Shown piece by piece: positions 42,361 through 64,000 of a stretch of 64,000 nucleotides of DNA. Numbering within the stretch: position 1 is the first letter of the stretch; each line of letters opens with the position of its first letter. This DNA comes from Flaccisagitta enflata (Eukaryota). Made by a program: the position numbers and the translations under genes. The stretch spans positions 47,864,001 to 47,928,000 of the forward strand of contig OZ231126.1 in NCBI GenBank assembly GCA_965153355.1, read 5' to 3'. The notes beneath the pieces were generated by a model that was given only the letters and a program-made list of their open reading frames with translations, ran no database searches and was not told where the DNA came from.

Positions 42361-44672
42361 TATATCTCCACAGCGAACAGGAGAACTTGAAAGAGAATCA
42401 GCAACAAAAACAACAATTGCAAAAAAAAAAAAAAAAAAGAAACAAGAAAAAAATGAAGAAAATGTTATTTATTGTATTTTTTTTAGGCTTCCATCCAAAA
42501 ATTTGAAGGCGAAGATCTCAACACGAAAGCCAGAGTAGCCTACCAAAGGGAGCAAAATAGAGAATGGCTAGACGCCCAGGTAAGTTTCTCTTTAGCACTG
42601 CTTCTTTTCATTTTGTTTCATTTTGTTTCAAACCGCAAAGCTTTTTTTTTATCTTTTCGCCGCGTTTGAATCAGGGGTGTTTAAAGTTGAATGGCTCTTG
42701 ATTTCTTTCCCCCCCTGGTCTTTGATTTCCTTCCCCGCCCAGTCAAAAAATTGTTTGATTTTCTACCCCATAGAGTATAAATATAGTATGAATATTGTCA
42801 GAATTGTGGGAAATAATGTTGTAGGAGTGAATTAGTATTTTTCAGATCTGTCAAAGTGTAATATCTTCTAAAGTTTTGGTTTTTCTTCTTTTCCACCCTT
42901 TGATTTTTTTCCCCATCTCCAAACCCTTTGATTGTATTCCACCCCACGGGGTGGGGGGGGGGGGAATGCTCAACTTTATACACGCCTGGTTTGAATCAAT
43001 CTCTCTATTTCTCCCACACTACGCACAGGCCAAAGAAAAAGATCTCCACAAAGAGCGTCAGTCCGAGGCAGACCGACTTTACGACTTGAAGCGAATCGAA
43101 CTCGACGTCCGCGCTTTGGAATTGGAGGCCCTGGAAAGGCAGACCAGACGACAAATCAAAATGGCCACCGACAATTACAACGTCGCATTAGCCAAGGACG
43201 TCGAAACTAGAAGAAGTCAGGATAAACAGGTGTGATTTTATGAATGTTTGTTGATCGGATTGATTGACAGATAAAGTGATTGATTGGCTGAGAACCGAAA
43301 TTTTAGTGTTTGACTGGTTGTTTGGATGCCGGAAGTCAATGACCAGAAGAGTCAGAAGAATCTAGAAAAGAAAAACTGAATGTTTGGTTGATTGAAGTAT
43401 TCGAGTTTTAAGTGATTTGATAACTGATTGATTGATATGTCGTAAAAATATGGTCGATTCCGTTTCTTGAAAACTAAGTTGAAATAAGAAAATCGCCCTG
43501 ATGGCGGGAATTCTATTGATACAAGTTATCAGCTGCTACCTTGAAAGTTGATGTGGTATTAATTGTTAAAGCTGCAGGGGGGGGTTGCTGAAGATTTTGG
43601 CTGCTCCTCTCATTGTATTTTCACTGCCTCTGTAATAAAAATGATCATTCCAATGAGAGCCTAATCGGGAGACCTGATATCTAACATTGGCCTGATATCT
43701 AACATTGGCTCTGATATCTAACATTGATCATTGATCATTGATCATTCCAATGAGAGCCTAATCGGGTGACCTGATATCTAACATTGACCTGATATCTAAC
43801 ATTGGCCCTTAACTACTTGGGTAAGGAGTTTTCTTTTGGGTTAGAATGAGAGGGAATGTTATTCAAATTCAGTTTTATGGAAAACTAGGAGTGTTGCGCG
43901 TAGTAACTAGTCAGTGAGGGCTCACAAGGCCCTCTTCCATTTATTTCAGTTTGGGTATAGTGAGGGATGTTGTTCCACCTATCATTATCATAAGTAACTT
44001 TTGTATGTTTTGTTTGCTTTTAGATGTTCATTTGGTTTTTGTAAACATTTTCTTCGAGTTTTGTGTAAGATACTCTTTGTTGTATATTTCATGACAGGCT
44101 CAGGAAGACGACAATTTGACGGAAATCGCCAACCACGTCTACGGCGACGTTTTGACGGAAAACCCCGACGTGGCTCGCAGCGCCTTTGGACCGCACCGCG
44201 TCGTCCCCGACAGATGGAAGGGCATGAATGCCGATCAACTGGAAGTCATCAAAAACACTCAGGTAACGCCTGATGAACGATTTAATTTAAAAAAAAAACC
44301 CAAAGAAGAAAGAAAGAGAGGAAAAAAAAGAAAGAAAAAAAAAGAAAGAAAAAAAAAGAAAGAAAAAAAAGGAAAGAAAATAAGAAAGAAAGAAAGAAAA
44401 AGAAGGAAGGGAAGAAATAAATGAAAGAAAGAAAAAAATGAAAGAAAGAAAAAATGAAAGAAAGAAAAAAATGAAAGAAAGAAAGAAAGGAAAGAAAGAA
44501 AGAAAGGAAAAATGAAAGAAGAGAAAAAAAAGAAAGAAAAAATGAAATAAAGAAAGAAAGAAAAAATAAAATAAAAAGTGAAAGAAAGGAAAGAAAAAGT
44601 GAAAGGAAGAAAGAAAAATGAAAGAATGAGAGAAAGAAAAAAAGAAAGACATACAGACAGTAATACAGCAGG

Positions 44673-44733
<61 letters not shown>

Positions 44734-45175
44734 AATGAGTCTCCTCTCCTAAAACTTACCCGGTCGCAATCCGTTTTTAGTTGCGGACACGCAACTCTAA
44801 AAGAGGCTTTGTCCGTCCGTTGGTCCGTTGGTCCGTCGGTCCGTGAACATGAGTCAAAAGGTGGGAAAACAGGCGTTTTGGAAGCTTTTTGTGTCTGTGT
44901 TGGAAGGGCGGTTATGTAGGGCCTTGGGTTAGCATGGGGGTTAGCTGCCCCTGCCCACCCGTCCGCAACGATATTGTGACCCCGCGTCACTTGTTTGCGT
45001 TACGTAGGCTGCTCAGCAAGCGGAGAATGCCAAACGTCGGGCTGAGGAGAAACGCATCGACGACGAGTGGGATCACCAACGCATCGCGGCGGCGAGAGCC
45101 GCTCTGCTCATGGAACGCGCGGAAATGGGCAAAGCAAAGAACGTCAGGGCTAATCAGGTGAGCAATGGTTCGTCT

Positions 45176-45274
<99 letters not shown>

Positions 45275-46132
45275 CGTGGTCGCTGTTATTATTGTTGTGG
45301 TTGTTATTGTTGTGGTTGTTATTGTTGTTTTAAATAGCGTTAGTACTATTGTTGTTGTTTTTATTGGTGATGTTGATAACTAGCAAGTTCAGTATACAGA
45401 GTGTTCAATCTCAAAGTGGAAAAAGTAAAAAGCTTACATTTCTTAACATACTTGGATAGTGACTTCAAACTATTTTTCTCTTGTAGTAATATACTTGACT
45501 TTTTTGTGTAAAAATTTCATTGGTCTAGCTTAAATAGTTAGTCCACAACATCAATTTAAAGTAAAACAAGTGTTTACAGTTGAGGCTGATAAACGCTGTT
45601 TTTCAATATTTTGCCTTTAATTCTCAAACGGCTGGATAACAGGTGCCAGATGGGTCTCAGATGTAAGCATTTTCAAATTACACTTCATTTGAGACCAATC
45701 TGGCATTTTTATCTCAAACCGTTTAAAAATTAGAGCAATTTTAAGAAAAACTGTCATGATTAAAATGAAGGTTTTTTAGCTCAAACTTTATGAATTTGTT
45801 TTATTTAAAATTGATGTTGTGGATAAACTATTAAGGCAAGACCAATGAAATTTTTATACAAAAAATGTCAACGATAATATTACAAGAGAAAAATGATTTG
45901 AAATCACTGACTGGTTGCGTTAAAGATTGTAAGCTTTTTACTTTTCCCACTTTGAGACTGAACACGGGGTAGATAGTTGATTTAAATTTTTGTTCAAAAA
46001 TCCAAACAGGATACCAGGAATTTGGCGTTGGCAGTGGAGCAGAAGGATCAGAAGGAATACTTGGACAAAGTCGTTTACACGAATCCTCCAACTGCGAGCT
46101 ACTTCACCCAATTCAATACCACTACTCGATGA
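33921..46132 (+). CDS. RIB43A-domain coiled-coil protein (RIBC1/RIBC2 family). Exons 33921-33986, 34144-34241, 34408-34539, 41869-41980, 42487-42579, 43029-43229, 44098-44262, ~45009-45157, 46010-46132
   Basis: [41 protein letters not shown]...RREWDLYDPD...PARVADDDPRCGPASIQKFEGEDLN...LTENPDVARSAFGPHRVVPDRWKGM...VYTNPPTASYFTQFNTTTR*. All introns phase-consistent. Confidence 0.95.
35100..35690. repeat. Degenerate tandem array (~38-60-bp units, GGAAGTTGTGCATCGGTTCTTGCCGAGCGAACACATT)
   Basis: Direct reading; explains the overlapping repetitive ORFs here. Confidence 0.9.
36118..36735. mobile_element. 618-bp almost fully palindromic MITE with CACAGTG ends and 4-bp TSD (CAGG); Chapaev/Transib-like
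   Basis: CAGG|CACAGTGGGCCTTAATTGGATA...TATCCAATTAAGGCCCACTGTG|CAGG. Arms pair to a centre near 36428. Confidence 0.85.
36920..37205. repeat. 36-bp tandem repeat, about 8 copies (GGCATCGGTAATTAAATCCGAGCGGTTTGATATAAT)
   Basis: Direct reading. Confidence 0.95.
38540..39605. repeat. 17-bp minisatellite, about 60 copies (GCTGGATTTGGGTCGTC grading into CTTGCTGGATTGGCGTC)
   Basis: Direct reading. Confidence 0.95.
41397..41463 (-). ncRNA. Candidate minimal type I hammerhead ribozyme spanning the B1/A2 junction
   Basis: Minus strand: GGAAGU-CUGAAGA-A-G-CAAU-C-GAAA-UA-GUUGAA...UUCAAC-AA-U-GUC-GUUUCC. Confidence 0.45.
42672..42988. mobile_element. 317-bp hAT-type MITE
   Basis: TIRs CAGGGGTGTTTAAAGTTGA / TCAACTTTATACACGCCTG; perfect 8-bp TSD GTTTGAAT. 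Confidence 0.85.
45397..45969. mobile_element. Tc1/mariner-type MITE
   Basis: TA|CAGAGTGTTCAATCTCAAAGTGGAAAAAGTAAAAAGCTTACA ... TGTAAGCTTTTTACTTTTCCCACTTTGAGACTGAACACGGGG|TA. Confidence 0.8.
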
Positions 46133-46487
46133 TTTCATTTCCGATCTTGAAGCGGTCTATTCGCGCACGATAACCTTTCTCGATAATAGCGATGTTTTTG
46201 TTTGAATTGGGACGAACATGCAAGTTTGCAGTACGATTTTGGATCCGTTTTTCGCTAACGGATAGCGACATCTTTAATCACAAAGCCACCGAATCATGTA
46301 CATAAACTTTGTGTAATTTTTTTTCCATGCGCTTTTTTTCTAACAGGACGTTACAAAAATAACAAAATACGATTGGCGTGCAAAGTTCTTTCCTTATTTT
46401 CTTTACAAAAAAAAAAACTTGAATAAAACGAATGACTTATTGATTTGACCCTAAGCCAAGAACGACCCTTTATAAGCACTCGCAATC

Positions 46488-53009
<6,522 letters not shown>

Positions 53010-53783
53010 CGTTTATGCTTAAATGTCCACAACTTGTATACGAACACGTAGAAAATATACTTGGAAAAGATATCTCCGTCTTTCAAATAAAATAGTTACC
53101 GCTTATTCTTGATATAATTTTCTATTGTGAAATCGTTTGTATGTGAAGCAATATTCAACGTTTTTTTTGCAATTGTTTGGATTGATCATTGATGATTTTT
53201 AACTGTTTTTACTCCTATACTCTAGCCTAGCTTTTTAGTTTTGTTTGTTCAAGATTTTTTGGAATATTTTTCTGAAACATGTGTTTTTTTTTTTTGGTGT
53301 GTGTTTTCTGACTTTCTCGTCTGACTTTCTCGAAAAATGCTAACTAGGTCCTTTAGTTTAATGCATTGAAAAGAAGATTGTTTTTAGTTATATAAATTAT
53401 AATCTCGCATGAATGAATTGGAACATTTTGGAAGTAAAAATAGTCAAGTAGAAGGCAGGGAAATGCAGTCTAAAAGCCATGAGAGAATTGCAACAGAAAG
53501 ATGTCGAGGAACCCATAGCCGGCATAGCCACAATAAACACGATGAGAAAAACAAAAGAGGGAAAAACGGTTTAAAAGCCATGAAAGAATTGCGATGTAAA
53601 GATATTAAGGAAACCATATTGCCACGATAAACACAATGACAAAAACAAACACTCATAACAGGCCGGAGACAACGAGACATTTTATCTGACGTTATCATGG
53701 GGCGAAATCAATGAACCACATCCACAGACTATGGCGTAGTGAAAATGAACAAAAAGGCCTAATCCCTCGCTATAAAATCAAAC

Positions 53784-56530
<2,747 letters not shown>

Positions 56531-58439
56531 GGTAGGCTTTAAATGAGATGGGGACAAGATGAATCCATGGGATTTAGTTGTCATGGAAAAAAAACGAAAT
56601 GGCGACTATTGGAAGAAGTCTTTTTCTGGAATTCTGCTTCGTGAAAAAGGTTGAAAATATTTCAGAAGTGAAAAAGAAATTGTCTATCTTTCCTACAAAG
56701 ATTTTCCTGTAGATATTTATTCTTTGTTTTACTGGAAAACTAAAAAAAAAGAGAAGATTGGTTTTTCGTGATTCATGGCCGCCTGTTCTGTGTAAAGAAA
56801 AGAATTTACCCAAGCTCACGAAATGGTTGATTTTGTTTTCACTTAAGTCTCGAAGATGTGAATTGGAGATATTTAATTCGATTAAGCCACGTTTTTGTTC
56901 GAGGTCGGCCTGGTGTGGTTGCGTTGAAGTGTCATCACATGGCTATCTTTGCTTTCAATTCTTTCCCCCGTTGTTGATACTGATGTTATTCTTCAAGACC
57001 CTATTAGTTTTGTCAGTCCGTCCGTCCGTACGTCCGTACGTCCTTTTGATGTTTTCAGCGTTAATGAGCTTTTTGGGGCTCCTTGCCTATGTGGATGTGG
57101 CATTGTAGATCATCTCTGTCCCTGCTTCTGCCCGCTAACACGCATCTGGGGTAGCTGCGGCCTTATTTTTCCCTTTCTCATCTTAAGTTTTTTGTTGCGG
57201 ACAAGCAAATATATAAGAGGCTTTGTCCGTCGGTCCATCTGTCTGTCGGTCTTTCCATCTGTAATCACGAGTTAAAAGGTGGTAAAACGAGTGTTTTAGA
57301 TGTTTGTGTCTGGTTGGGGGGGCGTGGAGTGTGGATAGGGGTTGGATGCCCTTGCCCAGCCGTCGGATATTGTGACCCCGCGTCACCTGTTTTTGTAAGA
57401 GTGGAGAAATGAATACTGACTGTGACGATATATATCCTTTTTTACTGCCTTTTTTGCTTCCGCCCGACTTGCTCTTGTCCCCTTCTTGTTGTTGTTGTTC
57501 TTCTTCTTTACATTCGTTCTCTTCTTTTTCCTCTTCTACAGCTTCCTTTTCCTCTTTTTCTTCTCCTCTTTCTCCTTCTTCTTCTTCTTCTTCTTCTTCT
57601 TCGTCTTCTTCTTCTTCTTCTTCTTCTTCTTCTTCTTCTTCTTCTTCTTCTTCTTCTTTTCCTTTTTTTTTCATCTTTTTCTACTTGTTGTCTTCTTCTT
57701 TTTTCTTTTTTCTTCTTTTTTCTTTTCCCGCTTTTTTCTTTTTCTTTTTCTTTTTCTTTTTCTCTTTCTTTTTCTTTTTCTTTTTCTTCTTCTTCTTCTA
57801 CTTCTTATTTTTCCTCTTCTGTTTCTTTTTCTTCTTTTTCATCATCTCTCTCTGTTACTGTTTCTCTCTTCTTCCTCTTCCTCTTCCTCTTCTTCCGTTT
57901 CCTATTTACTTACAAAACAATAGTTAACTATTTTGTTTCTGTGCCTCTTGTGTTTTATGGAAAAACGTTTGACGCGGGGTCACAATATAATTCCGGACGG
58001 GTTGGCCGGGGAGTCCAACCTCCATCCTTACCCCTGCCTCCCTCCTACGCATACACACATAAACAAAAACGATCAAAAATGCTCATTTTCCCGCTTTTTG
58101 ACTCATGGACCAACGAATCGACGGACGAACGGACAATAGCCCTTAAAGAGTTGTGTGTCCGCAACTAAAAACGGAACGAAAATTGCCTTACCTTGATCAC
58201 CATCTCGATCAAAAGAACTATTTCGTTAAAGTCATTCTTCCACTTCCAGCTTATGAGCAGAGTAACAAGCAAGATGACTCAAGCGTCGAAACAGACAAAA
58301 CGTGAACATCCGGATTCAGCAACGACGATGAAAACGACGTTATAACGATGACGACAGCGACGATTAAGGCTCGGTGAAAAAGGATGAAAATTCGTGATAC
58401 TGGGAGAACTCAAACTCAAACGCCTTGTTTACATAGAGT

Positions 58440-58639
<200 letters not shown>

Positions 58640-58879
58640 AATCTGAAAGTGAATGTGAGAGAGAGATGTGAGATGAAGAAAGAAATTGTGACAGACCACG
58701 ACCGACAAAAACATAGACACACAGACTCACACAGAGACACACACAAGTAGACAGACCGAAACAGCGTGTTGAAAAGCGAAATTATAGATAGAATAGGATC
58801 GAAAAAGGAAAGCGTTTGGTAGTCAGCGATACCCGTGTCCTGCTTAGGTAAGTCATGATTGTAGTTGAGGGTAGAAACA

Positions 58880-59300
58880 GGGCAGCGGCCCCCAAAGGGT
58901 TGATGACTTATGTTTTCATACAGGGGAATTTCCTCCTTTTCCTTCTCCTCCTCCGTCCCCCCCTACTCCAACCTCGTGGCCTATATCTCCTCCTCAAGGC
59001 CCATATCCCATTATCCCAGCCTCAAGGCCCAAATCCCAGTCTTGAGGCTCAAATTCCTCAAGGTTAGGATTTGGGCCTTGAAGATGGGATTTTGGCCTTA
59101 AGATAGGATTTGGGCCTTGAGGTTGGGATTTGGGCCTCAAGACTGGGATTTGGGCCATGAGGCTAGGATATGGGCCTCGAGGCTGAGATATGGGCATGGA
59201 GGTTGGCGGGGGAGACAAAAAAGAAGGTGAAGGAGAAAGAGGAGGAGAAAATTCATCTGTGTGAAAGCATAGGTCATCAACCCCTTCGGGGCCGCTGCCC
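58880..59300. mobile_element. Subterminal-inverted-repeat element with internal ~20-bp tandem array; related copies at ~60062-60657 and ~48705-49310
   Basis: GGGCAGCGGCCCCCAAAGGGTTGATGAC / GTCATCAACCCCTTCGGGGCCGCTGCCC flanking GGATTTGGGCCTTGAGG-like repeats. Confidence 0.65.
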
Positions 59301-59428
59301 AAAAAATAAAGAAAAAAAAAATGAATGAAAGAACGAAAGAATGATGAAATAAGACCAGCGGAAGAAAAAAAGAATGATATAATAAGATAAAACTCATCAA
59401 AAAAAGAAAGACTGAAAGAAAGAAAGAG

Positions 59429-59491
<63 letters not shown>

Positions 59492-59501
59492 AAAAAAGAA
59501 G

Positions 59502-59539
<38 letters not shown>

Positions 59540-59540
59540 G

Positions 59541-59615
<75 letters not shown>

Positions 59616-60933
59616 GAAGGGAAGAAACAAGGCCGGATACACGGCCAATACCAGTTGCGGACGGGTGGGCAGGGGCGGAAATGCCCGTTTTCCCACATTT
59701 CAACTCGATGACCCCGGACGCGGACGGACGGACGGACGGACAGACGGACTAAGCCTCTTAAAAACCGCAACTAAAAAAGGAGGGAGAGAAGGAAAGAGTT
59801 TTATAATTGCTAAGATATACACGAGGGACTCGACTGACGTCAGCTGCTGATTGAGTTTTGTTTATTATAGGGATGAAATTCCTCAGTCCAGGCCAGGGGT
59901 CGAATTGGGGGTTGAACTTGAAGGGAGTCGGGGAAATACTGGGTGCCGCAAGAACATAAATATTGACAGGGCGCAGATGGTTGTTTTTGGTCATTACGAA
60001 TCTCCATTGGCTACCACCTTATGAACATTTTATGCTAAGGCTAGGCTTTCATATCCATTTTGGGCAGCTGCCCCAAAGGGCCAATGTCCTGTAGAACACA
60101 GGGGTGAACCGTTGTGTTTATCCATTCGTACATCCCCCCCTGCCTCAAGGACTTCAAGCCATAATTTCAGCCCAGAGGCCCAAATCTCAGCCTATTGGCT
60201 CAAATCCTAATCTGTTGGCCCAAATCCCAACCCAACGGCCAAATTCCAGCCCTGTGGCCCAAATCCCAGTCTGTTGGCCTGAATCCTAGCCTGATGGCCT
60301 TAATTCCAGCCTTGTGACCCAAATTCTAGCCTTTAGGCTCTAAGCCCGGCCATAAGGTTCAAATCCAAGCCTTTAAGCCCAAATCCTAGCCTGTAAGACA
60401 GAATCCTTGTGTTTAGGCCCAACCCCTAGCCTAGTGACCCAAGTTTCACCAAAATGGCTTAAATCCAAAACCAATCCTCATCGGCCTAAAATCAGTCAAC
60501 CCTCCTGAAATCATTGAAGACGGATGGACGCATCGGTTCACCCCTGTTTTCTACAGAACATCAACCCTTTAGGGCCGCTGCCCTGCTCCTACCTTGAAAC
60601 AGTAATAAAGCAGGGCAACGGGTACCGCTTACCATGTGCGATCCTTGGATGACTAGTTCTCAATTTATATTTTTTTCTCGATTCATTTTCTGGCGGTAGG
60701 GGTGGATCAAAAATGTCCCCACATGTTTTGCTAACAATATCTCTAATTCTAATTGTACTTATGCCCATATGCCTGTCGGTGAGTTAGTTGGTTTGAAGTC
60801 CTAAAATGGCTATGGAATTGGCCCATGTGTGCCGGAATTTACCGTCTACCATTACCAATGCGATCTCATAACCACGTTTCTGATCAATTTATCAATCAAA
60901 TTATGTCACTTATTACCAAGAGACCAAACCCTG

Positions 60934-61040
<107 letters not shown>

Positions 61041-61451
61041 GACCTATAACCGCAGCATCTTGATTACGCGTTTTCACAATTTCTGACTTCACGGACTGAC
61101 CGACCGAGGGACGGACATTTGAAGTCTCTTATAGAGTCGCGAGTCGGCGACTAAAATCATTTCATGATTTGTGTTTTGAATTCGAATAGCTTTTGCACAA
61201 CTGAGCATCGTTTTGCTCAACAGCAACAAGTTATGTCAATTGACGAGCTTTATTTCACGGTATCAAAAATATATATTTTTTCCGTCAATCTACACAAGGG
61301 ATTAGCATGCTTTCTACTTTCTAGTTACTACCGCAGATAAACTTAACCTTTTTCCAATAATATTTCATATTAGCATATTGCATATTTGATTCGACAATCT
61401 AGGGCGGATCAGGCCGCGCGTTATTCTCGGTTGAATGCGATTTTTCAGTTC

Positions 61452-63746
61452 TCAGTTTCCTTGCGATATCTTCACTGACGGCGCAGGTACGGTCGCAAAT
61501 GAAGTTATGGCGCGAGGCCGAGGAGCATGGGGACGTCTCTTGTGCCTGTGCCTGAAGTGAAGGATTTTGTAAAAAAAGTCAACATGATGATTGAGACACA
61601 CAGTTGCGTACACGCGACTGCATAACCCGCTGTCGTAGGCCCATCGGTCCATCCATCCGTAACACTTAGCTTTTTCGGCGTTTATCAACAATTCTTGCAT
61701 TACTGCCCTTGCCCAAATGCTTGGCTAGCCTACACGTGAATTGGTTAGCCGACTAGCCGTGTATCTGGCCTCGTTCTGATACACAGCTTCACACCGAGCG
61801 CAGATGTTGCCAACAATAAAAACCCCAATCAGTGTGACCGACAGAAGAAACGACCGACGCGACGGGCCCATCTACGTGTACGTGGGAATACGTAATCGTG
61901 TGCTCGTGAATGAAAATCGGTTGCGTAACTTACTTGTCCGTCCGGTTGCTACGGTTTGATTTGACGGTGGTCCTCGTTGATTTCGAGTCGTGGAATCCGT
62001 GTCTTTTGTTGGCGCCGTGCACACTTTCCGGTATCTTGACTCGGACAATCTGAGTCCCTACAATTACAAAAGACATGGCATGACGATGATAAAAGAAATC
62101 GTAGGGAAAGGATAACATCGCATGGGATTATTGGCAATGTCTGATTGTCGGAAGAAGAGGTTAGATAGCTGACCTAGGGTCGTCTTAGTGCGATTTGTAC
62201 GAATTGACGGCGCATATGAAGCTTGGTCCCTGTCAGGATTTTTCAATGAAAGGCAATTATGCCATTATGCCAAGTGAATTGTTTGAGCGCGAATACTTCC
62301 TTGCCTGTCAATTCATCGCTTGCTTCATCTTTTTATTGATTGATTGATTTTTTGATTGATTGATTTTTTTGATTGATTACCGTGATCTACTTCTTGGTCG
62401 AGACGAAACAACAGACTGGGCACTGAAAAAGAAATAGTCGACGTTTTCTGACAAGCTGTTGTTTACATATCTTTCCGCTTAACGATCTATTCATTTTCAC
62501 TTACTGCCTACGAGTCTGTCCTCTTTCATTAATTTTCTATCATCTATTACTTCCTTTCTATTTTTCACTATGAATTGCGTACTCCCTTTAGTCCCTTACA
62601 TGGACAACATGACTCGTTCAACTGTTCAATTCATCCGTCTTTTCCGTTAGGTCCTTGATTTCCTTGTGATTTCCTTGTGTCTCATCTCACCGACTTACTC
62701 TATTATTGGCTCCGGCTCTGGTTCTGGTTTAGCCTTCGATTTGTGTCTTTTGGACTTTCTCTGCTTTTGAGTTTGGAAAAGCTGCTGAGGGAGCATTTCT
62801 TCTAAACCCATGATGTCGACTCTTCCTAGGTGACCATGAGGCATTTCCACGTAGCCTATTTCCAATGTCAATTTTCAGTCTCATCAAGTAAATCTTGGTT
62901 TTAGCAATTCTGAAAAAGCTCAATATGTTTCTACCTGATGCGAGAACTCGGTATTTTGACTCCCAGCCCTCTGGCATCTCCGGACGTAGACAGCTGCACG
63001 ATGATTTTATGATCTTTTTATGTTGCCAATTTGGAAATGTCATCTGAAGAAATAATCATCAAGAGAATCACAGACACCGACCTTTTCCATGTAGGTTTTT
63101 TCATTGTGAAAAGAAGCCATGTCTAAACTACGTTAGACCGCCACCAAGAAAGACAAATGTTTCTGTGGCAAAAAAAAAAAAAAAAAAATCACCAACCTTC
63201 TCCTCATCCTCATCCAAAAAGCAACCACACGCGCCTTCTTTATCTCGATAGGATGTTTCATTGGATCCAATGATGGAATCTCCTTTGTCTCTGTTGGGTC
63301 GATTGTGCTTGAAAGACACTTTGCTGAATTCGGCGCTGCCACCTGATTTTGATGCCTTTGATGGTATCTCGTCCTCAGAGTTGGACTTTTTCCCTTGACT
63401 ACTACGGTTGCTTTGACCACTTGTTTTCTTTCCTTCTTCCAGGACATCTGGACTGTTGATCTCCTTGATGTTATCTGCCCTTGAAGCATCCTCTGCCGTT
63501 AAAGTTTTTACTGACATCAAAGCACTTTCTGCCTTGGAAACTCTCTCTGCCCCGTCTGTGTTTCCCTGATAAGATGTTTGACTGGGTCTGAAGGTGGAAC
63601 CGCCTTTGTCTCTGTCGGGTGGACTGTTTATGGCAGAAACATCGCTGATTTTGGCGCTACTACCAGACTCTGGTGGCCCATCTGCGTGTGAAAAGTTCTT
63701 GTTGAAATGTCTGCTCTTGCAGATGTTTGGGAAGTATCTGAACGCC

Positions 63747-63805
<59 letters not shown>

Positions 63806-64000
63806 GCTGTTGTTGATATTGTCGTTGCTGTCGTAGCAGAAGAAGTTGTTGTAATTGTTTTTGTTGATGTTGTTGTTATTGTTCTTGTGTTGATTTTGTA
63901 ATCCGCTGTGTCTTGAGATGCCATTTAGCTTTTGGGTGCTTGGCTTATCCCCACTTTGCCATGCGCCCAATTGGTTTGCAGGTTGTAACCCACTCTGGCC
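61452..64000 (-). CDS. 3' part of an unidentified Ser/Lys/Arg-rich protein gene. Putative exons ~63681-63197, 63043-62935, ~62805-62699, ~62422-62381, ~62230-62176, ~62057-61934, ~61551-61452
   Basis: A chain of GT-AG bounded segments with mutually consistent phases (…DEDEEK|MTFPNW…VLAS|GRVDIMGLEEMLPQ…|AQSVVSSRPRSRS|RDQASYAPS…|GTQIVRVK…|HRHKRRP…QGN*). No domain recognised. Confidence 0.55.

Overview
Eukaryotic (invertebrate-type, microsatellite-rich) genomic window with spliced genes. Two tightly packed same-strand gene runs diverge from a ~1.5-kb head-to-head region. Minus strand: INTS2, a CARD caspase (caspase-2-like), NAA50 and a KLHL2/3 kelch-type BTB-BACK gene running off the left edge. 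Plus strand: three axonemal genes, DRC1, RIB43A/RIBC and SPEF1. To the right are an XK-family membrane gene with an in-frame TAG and the 3' part of an unidentified gene. Introns are full of simple repeats, MITEs, fold-back elements and DINE/Helentron-like repeats. Highlights: (1) a 7.2-kb non-coding element in RIBC intron 3 with identical split direct repeats (A1...B1-A2...B2, Ngaro/PAT-type), whose B/A junction folds into a candidate minimal hammerhead ribozyme; (2) an operon-like ciliary gene trio; (3) a Penelope-like RT insertion in the kelch gene flanked by a ~300-bp host duplication, which both preserves normal splicing and creates an in-frame BTB-BACK-RT reading frame; (4) a MITE with RSS-like ends. 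All calls were made by eye. Exon boundaries come from GT/GC-AG sites, phase consistency and recalled protein motifs.
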